Assembly: GCA_963743885.1 (NCBI GenBank)
Contig: CAVURJ010000002.1
Span: forward strand, 36,721 to 100,720
DNA: 64,000 nucleotides
Direction: 5' to 3'
Origin: Candidatus Moraniibacteriota bacterium
GTDB taxonomy: Bacteria > Patescibacteriota > Minisyncoccia > Moranbacterales > UBA1568
Shown: in pieces, positions 9,272 to 18,443 of the stretch
Numbering within the stretch: position 1 is the stretch's first letter
Layout of the letters: each line of letters opens with the position of its first letter
Program-made: the position numbers and the translations under genes
The notes under the pieces: model-generated
The model's database searches: none
Told to the model about the DNA's origin: nothing
The model's input: only the letters and a program-made list of their open reading frames with translations

Positions 9272-9583
9272 TTAGTTATTGGGGATGAATTCGACCGAGA
9301 CAGGGAAGCTGTTTTCTTTGTCGTGGGAATTCGGATCGTTGAGGCAGAACCATCCGTCGGGGTCTTTCCCGGTGGAATAGCAGAGAACGATCGCTCTTTC
9401 CACGCAGCGTAGGTGGACGTGGTATTCCGATACCACTTTGATGATGTTGATTTCCGACAGGAAGCCGACTTCGACGGGAGCTCCACCAATGGTTTTGACG
9501 ACGACGATGGTGCTGCTTCTCTCACCTATTGAGATGTTCGTCAATCCGAGTTTTGCAAAAACTTCCGAGAGCAATTGTGACAC
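9272..9583 (-). CDS. Hypothetical protein, 103 aa (GTG start)
   Basis: Perfect RBS AGGAGG 7 nt before a GTG start. Terminator downstream. No recognisable family. Confidence 0.55.
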   Translation of the reverse strand: MSQLLSEVFAKLGLTNISIGERSSTIVVVKTIGGAPVEVGFLSEINIIKVVSEYHVHLRCVERAIVLCYSTGKDPDGWFCLNDPNSHDKENSFPVSVEFIPNN

Positions 9584-9705
9584 GATGTTTCCTCCTTGGT
9601 TGATGTTGATGAAACAGTTGAAATCTTGGCGAGAGCTTCTGTTCGGCAGGGGTATGTTAAAGAGTGATATTCTTTCTATCAGATCGGTATAGTATATGTC
9701 AAGAA

Positions 9706-9740
9706 AAAAGCGCCAGCCGACATGGTCGAGGGGCGCTTTT
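9706..9740. terminator. Bidirectional hairpin terminator
   Basis: aaaaaagcgcc...ggcgctttt, i.e. A-run + stem + T-run. Lies 3' of the minus-strand gene 9760-10107. Confidence 0.6.
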
Positions 9741-9759
9741 CGTTTGGCGGGCGTGGCCG

Positions 9760-10107
9760 TCAGACGATGGGTGCTTCGGATTCGGCGTCGTGGCAGCGGA
9801 GCGCGAGGATGCCGAGCGCTTCGGCGAGGTAGGCCTTGGCGACGAGATCTTCAAGCGTGCCGTTCTTGGCGGCCTCGATGATGGCTTTCAGGCTGCATAC
9901 TTCATGCTGGAGGCCATGATGAGCCGTCTCGAGGTGGCCGGCCGTGAATTCGTGCGTGACAAGGGTCGCAATGAGCCCCGTATCTTCCGGGAGCATTTTC
10001 CGGATGAAGTCGTCGAATTCCGGCGAGAAGAGGACGACATTTTTCGCGAATTCCACGAGCGCTTCGCATGCCAGCGTCTTCTCTTCAGGGGGTATGGTTC
10101 CGTTCAT
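9760..10107 (-). CDS. Hypothetical protein, 115 aa
   Basis: Start set at 'MNGTIPPEEK' because AAAGGAG lies 6 nt upstream. The ORF-track N-terminal extension lacks an RBS. Confidence 0.5.
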   Translation of the reverse strand: MNGTIPPEEKTLACEALVEFAKNVVLFSPEFDDFIRKMLPEDTGLIATLVTHEFTAGHLETAHHGLQHEVCSLKAIIEAAKNGTLEDLVAKAYLAEALGILALRCHDAESEAPIV

Positions 10108-10199
10108 GACGGTCTCCTTTCGATTGCTTGCGGTGATGGTACCAGGCGAACGCGAATGGGATGGAGATGGTGCTGAGAACGAATATGAGTTCAAGCCAG

Positions 10200-10325
10200 T
10201 TATTCCCACTCATTGTTCGCTCCAGATTTCCAGTATGCGTACGCGTAGACGAGGCCGACGATGATGGTGGAAATGATGAGAAACTGGATGTAGCTGTTCG
10301 AGGGATCGATGTGGCTCGGGTCCAT
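10200..10325 (-). CDS. Small hydrophobic membrane protein, 41 aa
   Basis: AGGAGG 8 nt upstream of ATG 'MDPSHIDPSNSYIQFLIISTIIVGLVYAYAYWKSG'. One predicted TM helix. Likely co-transcribed with the 9760-10107 gene. Confidence 0.4.
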   Translation of the reverse strand: MDPSHIDPSNSYIQFLIISTIIVGLVYAYAYWKSGANNEWE

Positions 10326-10381
10326 GATGGTAGCCTCCTTTTGGCTGGAAAGGTTGAAAAAACAGGGAAACACCTGTAGTA

Positions 10382-10433
10382 TTGAGATGTTAAAGAATTG
10401 GCTTATAATACTGAAGATACAATATTTTGTCAA
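10382..10433. promoter_or_regulatory. Divergent overlapping promoter region (glyQS on plus; small membrane protein operon on minus)
   Basis: Plus: TTGAGA(10382-10387)-16-TATAAT(10404-10409). Minus: TTGACA (revcomp of 10428-10433)-17-TATTAT. The -10 hexamers overlap. Confidence 0.45.
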
Positions 10434-10441
10434 CCTTACCT

Positions 10442-11878
10442 ATGGCCGAGAAGAAAAACGAAACATTCGAGAAACTGGTATCGCTTGCGAAGCGCCGTGG
10501 CTTCGTGTTCCCGTCGTCTGAGATCTATGGTGGTTTCGGAGCGATCTACGACTACGGCCATTATGGGACGCTCCTCAAGAACAACATCCGCGACCTGTGG
10601 TGGAAGGCTATGGTGCAGCTCCGCGATGATGTCGTGGGCCTGGATAGCGCCATCTTCATGCATCCGATGGCCTGGAAGGCTTCGGGCCATGTGGATGGCT
10701 TCAACGACCCACAGGTGGACTGCCGGCAGTGCAAGGCGCGTTTCCGGGCAGACCATCTGCTCGAAGAGTTTGGCATCGATGCTGACAAAGCGACTATTGA
10801 GTTCATCAACGCTGAGCTCGGCAAGCTGCGTGAGGCGGACAAGCTGAAATGCGCGAACTGCGGCTCGAAGGATCTGACTGATGCCAAGGTTTTCTCGCTC
10901 ATGGTGAAGTCCAATCTTGGATCACCGACCGAAGCGCTCTCTGAGGAGAATGTCGTGTATCTTCGCCCAGAGACTTGTGGTGGCATTTATCTCGAATACA
11001 AGAATACGGTGAACTCTGCTCGCGTGAAGTTGCCGTTTGGCATCGCGCAGGTCGGCAAGGCGTTTCGCAATGAGATCGTAGCGCGGCAGTTCATCTTCCG
11101 TACCCGCGAGTTCGAGCAGATGGAGATGCAGTACTTCCATCATCCTTCTATGACGAAGGAGAAGTACGAGGAATGGAAGGTGGCACGATGGGCATGGTAT
11201 GCGCTTCTCGGTATCCCGGAGAACAAGATCCGTTTTCACAAGCATGACAAGCTCGCGCACTATGCGTCCGAGGCGTATGACATCGAGTATGATTACGCGA
11301 GCCTCGGCGGCTTTAAGGAGGTAGAGGGCATCCACGCGCGTGGTGACTGGGATCTTTCGCAGCACAGCAAGTTCTCCGGCGAGGACCTCTCGTATTTCGA
11401 TGAGAAGGCGAATGAGCGTTTCATTCCGCACATCATGGAGACGTCTGTCGGTTTGGCGCGCCTTTTCCTCATGGTGCTTGATAATGCCTATACAGAGGAA
11501 GAAGTAAAAGAAGGGGATATCCGCACGGTCATGAAATTTCCGAAGGCGCTCGCGCCGGTCAAGGTCGCGGTTTTCCCGCTCCTCAAGAACAAACCTGAGC
11601 TCGTTGCGAAGGCGCGCGAGGTCTACGACGCACTCAAGCTCGAGTGGCAGTGTGAGTTCGATGATAATGGCAACGTGGGCAAGCGCTACCGCCGTCAGGA
11701 TGAGATCGGTACGCCATACTGCGTGACCATCGACTTCGATACTCTTGGTGACTCTTCGACAAGCTCAGAGCAAGAGAATCTCAAGGACACCGTCACCGTC
11801 CGCGATCGCGACACGATGGAGCAGGTCCGCATCCCGATCGCCGAGTTGAAAGAGTATCTTGCTAAGAATCTGAAATAA
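10442..11878 (+). CDS. glyQS: Glycyl-tRNA synthetase, dimeric glyQS type
   Basis: 'KRRGFVFPSSEIYGGFGAIYDYGHYG' N-terminal signature of alpha2 GlyRS with class II motifs. ATG at 10442 preferred over the TTG at 10427 used by the ORF track. Confidence 0.85.
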   Translation: MAEKKNETFEKLVSLAKRRGFVFPSSEIYGGFGAIYDYGHYGTLLKNNIRDLWWKAMVQLRDDVVGLDSAIFMHPMAWKASGHVDGFNDPQVDCRQCKARFRADHLLEEFGIDADKATIEFINAELGKLREADKLKCANCGSKDLTDAKVFSLMVKSNLGSPTEALSEENVVYLRPETCGGIYLEYKNTVNSARVKLPFGIAQVGKAFRNEIVARQFIFRTREFEQMEMQYFHHPSMTKEKYEEWKVARWAWYALLGIPENKIRFHKHDKLAHYASEAYDIEYDYASLGGFKEVEGIHARGDWDLSQHSKFSGEDLSYFDEKANERFIPHIMETSVGLARLFLMVLDNAYTEEEVKEGDIRTVMKFPKALAPVKVAVFPLLKNKPELVAKAREVYDALKLEWQCEFDDNGNVGKRYRRQDEIGTPYCVTIDFDTLGDSSTSSEQENLKDTVTVRDRDTMEQVRIPIAELKEYLAKNLK

Positions 11879-11891
11879 ATCCGCACAGCGT

Positions 11892-12749
11892 ATGCCGTTT
11901 GAGTTTAAGTTTCTGCGTCCATCTCCGGAGGAAGAGCAGGAGATAAGAAAGCAGAATGAGGAAGTAAAGGAGAATCTAAGGGCACAGAATCCTGATCGGT
12001 TCACGTTGTTCGAGAAATTCCTTTCTTTTGACAAGAAAACCCTTCGTCTGTTGCCGCCTGGTCTGGAAGCGCGATATGTGGAACTTGGGGACGATTGGTT
12101 CAGTATATCTGATGCCTGTGATCGGATGGGTGGAGAAGAGAGATATCGAGAGCTTATTACCGATATCGAAGTTGCTATCGGCAAAAGAAGGGAAATAGTC
12201 GGTTCTTTGAAGAAGAGGATGGTAGAGGTCGGGCAGGATCGTTTGCGTGCATATTTCAATATGCATCAAGCAGAAGATGATGCGTATGAAAGAGGTCTAT
12301 TTGCAATGTTAGATGTATCCAAAGATCAGAGTGCCCTTGATAAGTATTCGTTCGAGCTGGTTGATAAGATACTGCAAGAAGTGGAAGCCGTCGATGTCGC
12401 AGTTGTAGACCAGTGGATTGAGGCTAAGAAGATTGCTGACAGGCAATCAGAGACAAAGCGGCTCAAAGCCGAGAAGACAAGAATACTGCAGTGGCTTCAG
12501 AAAATGTATGGCAAGGAATGGGATGTGATAGTGAAGTTGTGCCAGAAGCTTAATCTCGTGAAGGAAACTCCGAAGAACGGAGAGATGCTCAATCAGCTGC
12601 AGCCGCAAGAGCTTCTAGCCTTGGAGAAGCGGTTCCGCGATGTCGAGGATAAGTTTCGGGGATACGACATGCATTTGTATAGCAGCTCCGAAGAAGATTT
12701 GGAAACCGTCATAGAAGAGGTGCTACAATTGGCATCCGAGCAGCTGTAG
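11892..12749 (+). CDS. Hypothetical coiled-coil protein, 285 aa
   Basis: Long ORF with codon usage consistent with neighbours. Charged/helical composition. No recognisable motif. Confidence 0.5.
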   Translation: MPFEFKFLRPSPEEEQEIRKQNEEVKENLRAQNPDRFTLFEKFLSFDKKTLRLLPPGLEARYVELGDDWFSISDACDRMGGEERYRELITDIEVAIGKRREIVGSLKKRMVEVGQDRLRAYFNMHQAEDDAYERGLFAMLDVSKDQSALDKYSFELVDKILQEVEAVDVAVVDQWIEAKKIADRQSETKRLKAEKTRILQWLQKMYGKEWDVIVKLCQKLNLVKETPKNGEMLNQLQPQELLALEKRFRDVEDKFRGYDMHLYSSSEEDLETVIEEVLQLASEQL

Positions 12750-12766
12750 TGATAATTTAAAATTAC

Positions 12767-13087
12767 ATGTCTGAAAAAGTAAAATTGGTTGTTTTTGTTC
12801 CTCTCTCACATGCGGATGCTGTCAGGCAGGCGCTTGGGGAAGCGGGTGCTGGGAAGATCGGTAATTATGATTTCTGTTCGTTCTCATCCAGAGGTACTGG
12901 ACGCTATCGTGGGAATGAACAATCGAATCCAGTCATTGGTATGGCGGGAAAACACGAGTCAGTCGAGGAAGAAAGAATAGAAACTGTCGTGCCGCGAAGT
13001 ATTTTGAAGGAAGTAATCGAGAAAATGAAAGCAGCACATCCGTACGAAGAAGTTGCATTTGATATATATCCGCTCGAAGAAATCTGA
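12767..13087 (+). CDS. Small conserved alpha/beta protein, 106 aa; resembles the PII-like/NIF3-insert fold (COG3323-like), assignment uncertain
   Basis: 'KLVVFVP..HAD.V..AL.EAGAG.IGNY..CSF...G.G.Y.G....NP' and C-terminal 'HPYEEVAFDIYPL' pattern. Confidence 0.45.
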   Translation: MSEKVKLVVFVPLSHADAVRQALGEAGAGKIGNYDFCSFSSRGTGRYRGNEQSNPVIGMAGKHESVEEERIETVVPRSILKEVIEKMKAAHPYEEVAFDIYPLEEI

Positions 13088-13127
13088 TTCTCTAGATTCA
13101 AGATTCTAAATTCCATATTCTACTAAA

Positions 13128-14396
13128 ATGAAATACCAGAAATACACCCTAAAGAGCGGGCTGCGGGTCATCCTCGCGCCGATGCAGGAGACGGAGACGG
13201 CAACGGTCATTGTGATGACCGGCGTGGGATCGCGCTATGAGACGGAGCAGGAGAACGGCCTCGCTCACTTCCTCGAGCACATGATGTTCAAGGGGACGGA
13301 GCGTCGCCCCAATACCTTCGATATCTCGCGCGAGCTCGATGCAATCGGTGCTGAGTACAACGCCTATACCGCCAAGGACCACACCGCCTACTATGCCAAA
13401 GTCGAGGCGCACCACTGGGGGACCGCGCTCGATGTCGTGTCCGATATCTTCCTTCATTCAAAACTGCCACAAGACGAGATTGATCGCGAGAAGGGGACTA
13501 TCCTCCAAGAGATCAACATGTATGAGGATATGCCGGCGCGCCGCGTAGGCGAGCATTTTGAGAAGCTCCTCTATGGTGAGCAGCCGCTCGGCCGGGAGAT
13601 CCTGGGACCGAAGGAGAATATTAAGCGGTTCAAGCGCGCGGACTTTATCAAGTATCTGAATCGCGGTTATACCGCGGAGAATGTCGTCGTGGGTGTGGCG
13701 GGCAAGATCGACAAGAAGAAGGTGATGAAGGAGATCGAGCGGCACTTCGCGGGCATCCGGACGGGAAAGCGCCCGGCTTTCAAGAAGGTGAAGCAGGTCC
13801 AGGCGAAGCCGGGGGTCTCGGTGTATGCCAAGAAGACCGATCAGACGCATCTTCTCCTCGGCGTGCGGGCGTATGATATGGATCACAAGGATCGGTTTGC
13901 GCTTGCGGTGCTCTCGAATATCTTGGGTGGCAATATGTCATCCCGTCTCTTCATCGAAGTGCGCGAGCGGCGCGGACTGGCCTATCATGTCTCGACATCC
14001 GTCGATACGTACCATGATGCCGGTTATCTGGCGACGCAGTGCGGTGTGGAACATGAGAACTTTGAGAAGGCGCTTACAGTCATCCTTGACGAATACAAGA
14101 AGATTGCGACTGAGCAAGTGAGTGCTGAAGAGCTCTCTCGCGCGAAGGAGAATATCAAGGGGCATTTCGCGCTTGGCCTCGAAGGGTCGGATGATATTGT
14201 CGGCTATCTGGTGACGCAGGAGACCTTGCGTCATGAGATCATCTTGCCGAAGGAACGCATGAAGGCGATCGACAAGGTGACAGCGGACGATGTGCTCCGC
14301 GTGGCGAAGGATATCTTTGTGAACAAAAAGCTGAACTTAGCCGTCATTGGTCCGCGTGTTAATGAAAAGAGGCTGGAAAAATTGCTTTCGTTATGA
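13128..14396 (+). CDS. M16 family zinc peptidase (insulinase-like)
   Basis: Inverted zinc motif HxxEH in 'GLAHFLEHMMFKGT'. 422 aa, typical M16 length. Confidence 0.8.
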   Translation: MKYQKYTLKSGLRVILAPMQETETATVIVMTGVGSRYETEQENGLAHFLEHMMFKGTERRPNTFDISRELDAIGAEYNAYTAKDHTAYYAKVEAHHWGTALDVVSDIFLHSKLPQDEIDREKGTILQEINMYEDMPARRVGEHFEKLLYGEQPLGREILGPKENIKRFKRADFIKYLNRGYTAENVVVGVAGKIDKKKVMKEIERHFAGIRTGKRPAFKKVKQVQAKPGVSVYAKKTDQTHLLLGVRAYDMDHKDRFALAVLSNILGGNMSSRLFIEVRERRGLAYHVSTSVDTYHDAGYLATQCGVEHENFEKALTVILDEYKKIATEQVSAEELSRAKENIKGHFALGLEGSDDIVGYLVTQETLRHEIILPKERMKAIDKVTADDVLRVAKDIFVNKKLNLAVIGPRVNEKRLEKLLSL

Positions 14397-14401
14397 AGCA
14401 C

Positions 14402-14528
14402 CAAATTCAAAATTACAAGCTCCAAATAAATCTTAAACTCAAAATTCAAATTCTTGATCCCAGTTTTGTTTTTTGGATTTGATTATTTTGAAATTATTTG
14501 GAAATTGAGATTTTGAATTTTGGATTTG
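14402..14528. repeat. Interspersed inverted-repeat element, copy A (~125 bp)
   Basis: Left arm CAAATTCAAAATTACAAGCTCCAAATAAATC. Right arm ATTATTTGGAAATTGAGATTTTGAATTTTGGATTTG is its imperfect reverse complement. Conserved internal words TTTGGATTTGA. Exactly fills the gap between the M16 stop and the AI-2E start. Confidence 0.8.
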
Positions 14529-14536
14529 AAAAAGAT

Positions 14537-15562
14537 ATGTCTATGAACGAGCAAGTGAATATCGGGACGAAGATAGCCTTGCGGCTGGCTCTTTTGGCTG
14601 TGGCGGCCTATGTGCTCTATCTCGTCCGTGATGTCGTGCTCGTCGTACTGTTTGCTATTCTGACGGCGGCGGCGCTCTCGCCAATGATTGCCAAGCTGCG
14701 GAAGTGGGGACTGTCCCGCACTGGCGCCGTGATCATCACGTATGCCGTCGTGCTTTTGGGTGGCATCGCGCTCATCTCTGTATTCCTTCCGCTCTTCTTT
14801 TCGGAAGTGAAGAATTTCCTCGCGAACTGGCCAGAGTATACCAAGCGTCTTGATGTATTCTTCTCGGGCATCCAATCATATCTCTCGGCTATTGGTATCG
14901 ATTTTCAGAAGGACCAGCTGTTCCTGGATATCGAGAAAAATATCGCGACCGGGTTTTCGGGCATTTTCACAACGACATTCAATCTGTTCCAGAGCTTCAT
15001 CCATCTGATCGGATTCTTCTTCCTCGCACTCTACCTTTCGCTCGAGGAGAAAGGTATTGAGAAGACATTCCTCATGCTGACGCCGGAAGAATATCATGCG
15101 CATGCCCTCTCCATCGCTTCGCGCATGCAGGGCAAGGTGAGCCAGTGGCTTTTTGGTCAGGCGATCCTTATGCTTATCGCTTTCGCTATGTACTATATCG
15201 GACTCCTCATCCTCGGCGTGCCGTATGCGCTCGCCATCGCCTTTTTCGGTGGTGTGATGGAGATCCTGCCGTATATTGGACCGGTGCTCGCCGCCATCCC
15301 GGCGGTGCTCGTCGGGCTGCTTGTGTCACCATCGCTCGCGATGCTTTCGCTCCTCTTCTATCTCATCGCCCACCAGGTGGAGGCACATATCGTGGCGCCG
15401 CAGGTGATGAAACATTCGGCGGGCCTGAGCCCGGTGGTGCTTATCGTCGCTATCCTGATTGGTGCGGAGCTCGCTGGCGCGCTCGGCATCATACTGGCCG
15501 TCCCGACCGCAATGATCCTCTCGGTATTTGTGGAAGACATGCTCGTCAAACGGGAGGTTTGA
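14537..15562 (+). CDS. AI-2E family transporter (PerM/YdiK-like permease)
   Basis: Eight predicted TM helices. C-terminal 'HQVEAHIVAPQVMKHSAGLSPVVLIVAILIGAELAGALGIILAVPTAMIL' is typical of the UPF0118/AI-2E family. Start taken at ATG 14537; the ORF-track TTG at 14498 lies inside the repeat. Confidence 0.75.
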   Translation: MSMNEQVNIGTKIALRLALLAVAAYVLYLVRDVVLVVLFAILTAAALSPMIAKLRKWGLSRTGAVIITYAVVLLGGIALISVFLPLFFSEVKNFLANWPEYTKRLDVFFSGIQSYLSAIGIDFQKDQLFLDIEKNIATGFSGIFTTTFNLFQSFIHLIGFFFLALYLSLEEKGIEKTFLMLTPEEYHAHALSIASRMQGKVSQWLFGQAILMLIAFAMYYIGLLILGVPYALAIAFFGGVMEILPYIGPVLAAIPAVLVGLLVSPSLAMLSLLFYLIAHQVEAHIVAPQVMKHSAGLSPVVLIVAILIGAELAGALGIILAVPTAMILSVFVEDMLVKREV

Positions 15563-15573
15563 CTACACTAAAT

Positions 15574-15697
15574 CAAAAATTCAAAATTACAAGCTCCAAA
15601 TAAATCTCAAATCATAATTTCAAAACAGAAAACCGGCGATTTTTGGATTTTGAACATTAGAATTTATTTGGAAATTGAGATTTTGAGTTTTGAATTT
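15574..15697. repeat. Interspersed inverted-repeat element, copy B
   Basis: Same arms as copy A (CAAAAATTCAAAATTACAAGCTCCAAATAAATC ... AATTTATTTGGAAATTGAGATTTTGAGTTTTGAATTT). Ends 9 nt before the rsmI ATG. Confidence 0.8.
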
Positions 15698-15706
15698 AAA
15701 ATAGTT

Positions 15707-16381
15707 ATGAAAGAATCTGGTACTCTCTATATCGTTGCTACTCCGATAGGGAATCTCGGTGACGTTACATTACGGGCGCTTGAGACGCTCAAGATCGTCG
15801 ATGCAGTGCTTTCCGAGGATACACGCGTGGCTGGAAAGCTTCTCATGCATTTCGAGATCAAGAAGACGCTTATCTCGTGCCATGAGCATACAGATGAGGG
15901 CAAGCTCGCCGATCTCGTCGCACGCATGGTCGCTGGCGGGTGCTTTGCCTTTGTGTCTGACGCTGGGACGCCGGGACTCTCCGATCCGGGCAATCGGCTG
16001 GTCGCGATGGCGACGGAAGCTGGTATCCGCGTCGTGCCGATCCCGGGTGTGTCCGCGCTCGCTGCCATGGTATCGGTCGCTGGCATCGATATGCGCGAGT
16101 TCATGTTTCTCGGATTCCCGCCGCACAAGAAGGGCCGCGAGACATTTTTTAAGAAAGTGGCCGCCGCTGATATGCCAGTCATTTATTACGAGTCTGTGCA
16201 TCGCGTCGTGAAAAATCTGGAACTTCTAGAATCAATCGCACCCGAGAAGCGCGTCATCCTCGGTCGCGAGCTGACCAAGATGTTTGAGGAGGTCCGCCGT
16301 GGTACGGTCGGTGATATCCGCGCACACTATTGCGAGCACGAGAGCACGGTGAAGGGGGAGTTTGTTATTATAATCCATTAA
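15707..16381 (+). CDS. rsmI: 16S rRNA (cytidine1402-2'-O)-methyltransferase RsmI
   Basis: 'LYIVATPIGNLGDVTLRALETL' and 'VSDAGTPGLSDPG' motifs of the tetrapyrrole-methylase-fold RsmI family. Start at 15707 (MKESGTLYIV). Confidence 0.8.
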   Translation: MKESGTLYIVATPIGNLGDVTLRALETLKIVDAVLSEDTRVAGKLLMHFEIKKTLISCHEHTDEGKLADLVARMVAGGCFAFVSDAGTPGLSDPGNRLVAMATEAGIRVVPIPGVSALAAMVSVAGIDMREFMFLGFPPHKKGRETFFKKVAAADMPVIYYESVHRVVKNLELLESIAPEKRVILGRELTKMFEEVRRGTVGDIRAHYCEHESTVKGEFVIIIH

Positions 16382-16382
16382 T

Positions 16383-16416
16383 CTGTTAACGGGTTCACGA
16401 GTTAACGGGTTATCGG
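16383..16416. repeat. GTTAACG-module repeat (member of the HpaI-site palindromic family)
   Basis: ctGTTAACGggttcacgaGTTAACGggtt, i.e. tandem units built on the 8-bp palindrome CGTTAACG. Confidence 0.6.
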
Positions 16417-16483
16417 AAAGAAAACCTGGATCCCGGCTCGAAGGCCGGGATGACAGAAAGAGAAGATGTTTTTTGGAAAAATG

Positions 16484-16517
16484 AAAAGCCCAGAGGTCGT
16501 TTGACGTGGGCTTTTGG
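16484..16517. terminator. Bidirectional intrinsic terminator
   Basis: aaaagccca...tgggctttt: symmetric stem with an A-run upstream and a T-run downstream. Serves rsmI (+) and the small minus-strand ORF. Confidence 0.65.
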
Positions 16518-16535
16518 TTCCGGTTGACGCGTTGG

Positions 16536-16703
16536 TCAGAACGGAAAGGTTGGGAGGATGGCTTCGGCAAGGTATCCGCCGGCGACCATCAGAAGGATGA
16601 CGAGGGCGAGACCGCCGAATGCTGCGAGCGGAGCCGGAATGTCCTCAAGCGAAAGGGCACGAGGACGATTGAGCGAACCCCAACTGCTGCCATGATTGTT
16701 CAT
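16536..16703 (-). CDS. Small membrane protein, 55 aa (below the ORF-track size cut-off)
   Basis: ATG at 16703 with GGGAG 6 nt upstream. Sequence 'MNNHGSSWGSLNRPRALSLEDIPAPLAAFGGLALVILLMVAGGYLAEAILPTFPF'. Terminator immediately downstream. Confidence 0.35.
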   Translation of the reverse strand: MNNHGSSWGSLNRPRALSLEDIPAPLAAFGGLALVILLMVAGGYLAEAILPTFPF

Positions 16704-16774
16704 GCTATACTCCCAGTAGGTTGAAATGTACTAATGTGTATTATACACCTAAAAATAGATAAAGTCAAGGGCGT

Positions 16775-18235
16775 ATGACTGAAAATACCGAAAACAAGCC
16801 TTTTTATATCACGACGACGCTGCCGTATGTGAACGGCAAGCCGCATGTCGGCTATGCCATGGAAATCATCCAGGCGGACGTCATTGCCCGGTTCCATCGG
16901 CTAGCCGGGGATGAGGTGGTCTTCAATATCGGGACGGATGAGCATGGGCAGAAGATCTATCAGAAGGCGGCCGAGCTCGGCCAGACGCCGCAGGAGTACT
17001 GTGACGCGATGTCGGAGCATTTCCGGGCGCTTCGTGATCTGCTCGGGGTGAGCTTCACACACTTCGTCCGGACGACGGATGAGCATCATATCGCGGCGGC
17101 CCAGGTGTTCTGGCAGCGCTGCGCGGACAATGGAGACATCTATAAGAAGCAGTACCAGGTGAAGTACTGTGTGGGTTGCGAGCTTGAGAAGACGGATTCT
17201 GATCTTGATCATGGCAAGTGTCCGGATCATCCGAACATGGAGCTTGAGTTGATCGATGAAGAGAATTATTTCTTCCGGTTCTCGAAGTACCAGCAGCCGC
17301 TCCTCGATCTCTATGCAGCGCGGCCGGATTTCGTCGTGCCGAGCAATCGGCTGGTAGAGATCAGGAACTTCGTTGAAAAAGGATTGCAGGACTTCAGTAT
17401 CTCGCGTGTGAGAGAGAAGATGCCGTGGGGGATCGCGGTGCCAGGTGATGACAGTCAGGTGATGTATGTCTGGTTCGATGCGCTTGCGAACTACATCACG
17501 ACGCTCGGCTGGCCGGAGAACGAGGCGGACTTCGCGAAATTTTGGCCGGGGACCCAGATCGCCGGCAAGGACAACCTGCGCCAGCAGTCGGCCATGTGGC
17601 AGGCGATGTTGCTTTCCGCTGGTCTTGAGCCGTCGCGGCAGATCCTGATCCATGGGCATATCCTTTCTGCTGGACAGAAGATGTCGAAGAGTCTCGGCAA
17701 CGTAATCGCGCCGGAGGAGCTGACGGAAAAATTCGGTACCGATGGGACGCGCTACCTTCTGCTCGCTTCGGGCAACCTTGAGAGCGATGCTGACATCACG
17801 ATGGAACGTCTGGCGGAGCAGTACAATGCGCATCTCGCCAACGGACTCGGCAATCTCGTGTCGCGGGTGATGAAGCTTTCGGAGAAAATCAGTGAACAGT
17901 CAGCAGCTAACAGTCAGCAAGATGCTGAGAGTACCGAAGGCGAGAAAGTGTTGCTTGATAGCGTGGCAGGATTCATCAGCGAGTATCGTTTCGCTGATGC
18001 ACTCGGCAGGATATGGGAGGTGGTGCGCGAGGCCAACCGCTTCATCGATGAAGAGAAGCCGTGGGAGCTTGTGAAGACCGATCAGGTGAGATTTGATGCG
18101 GTCATGCGGCAGCTTCTGGCCAATATTGCGCTTATCGAAGTGGCACTCCAGCCGCTCCTGCCCGGGACAGCCGAGAAGATCAACCAGGCGCTCGCAACCG
18201 GTGTGACGGAGCCGTTGTTTAAACGTATCGCATAG
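16775..18235 (+). CDS. metG: Methionyl-tRNA synthetase
   Basis: HIGH-region 'PYVNGKPHVGYAMEI', Zn knuckle 'CVGCE...CPDH', KMSKS 'KMSKSLGNVI'. Confidence 0.9.
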   Translation: MTENTENKPFYITTTLPYVNGKPHVGYAMEIIQADVIARFHRLAGDEVVFNIGTDEHGQKIYQKAAELGQTPQEYCDAMSEHFRALRDLLGVSFTHFVRTTDEHHIAAAQVFWQRCADNGDIYKKQYQVKYCVGCELEKTDSDLDHGKCPDHPNMELELIDEENYFFRFSKYQQPLLDLYAARPDFVVPSNRLVEIRNFVEKGLQDFSISRVREKMPWGIAVPGDDSQVMYVWFDALANYITTLGWPENEADFAKFWPGTQIAGKDNLRQQSAMWQAMLLSAGLEPSRQILIHGHILSAGQKMSKSLGNVIAPEELTEKFGTDGTRYLLLASGNLESDADITMERLAEQYNAHLANGLGNLVSRVMKLSEKISEQSAANSQQDAESTEGEKVLLDSVAGFISEYRFADALGRIWEVVREANRFIDEEKPWELVKTDQVRFDAVMRQLLANIALIEVALQPLLPGTAEKINQALATGVTEPLFKRIA

Positions 18236-18254
18236 CTTTTTTTGCTGTATCAAT

Positions 18255-18443
18255 ATGGGAAACGTCTCACTCGATGAAAATGCTGCTCTTGAACGGGAGA
18301 TATCCGATGCGACTGAGGAATTTGTTCGCGATATGGAGCAGATACGGAAGCGGCGTGAAGAACTTCTGGCATCCTGGATGAAGGCAGCAGATGAGAGGCG
18401 GCAGCATGAGATAACAGAGAAGATATATGGCAAAGAATCCTGA
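18255..18443 (+). CDS. Small charged helical hypothetical protein, 62 aa
   Basis: ORF overlaps the start of the next gene by 17 nt. No clear RBS. Call is tentative. Confidence 0.3.
   Translation: MGNVSLDENAALEREISDATEEFVRDMEQIRKRREELLASWMKAADERRQHEITEKIYGKES

Noticed and set aside
14498-14536. ORF-track N-terminal extensions starting inside the repeat elements (14498 for the AI-2E transporter, 15650 for rsmI) and TTG starts at 10427 (glyQS) and 39722 (parB)
   Set aside because: These begin at TTG triplets inside the repeat arms or have no RBS. Downstream in-frame ATGs align with the conserved protein N-termini and were used instead.
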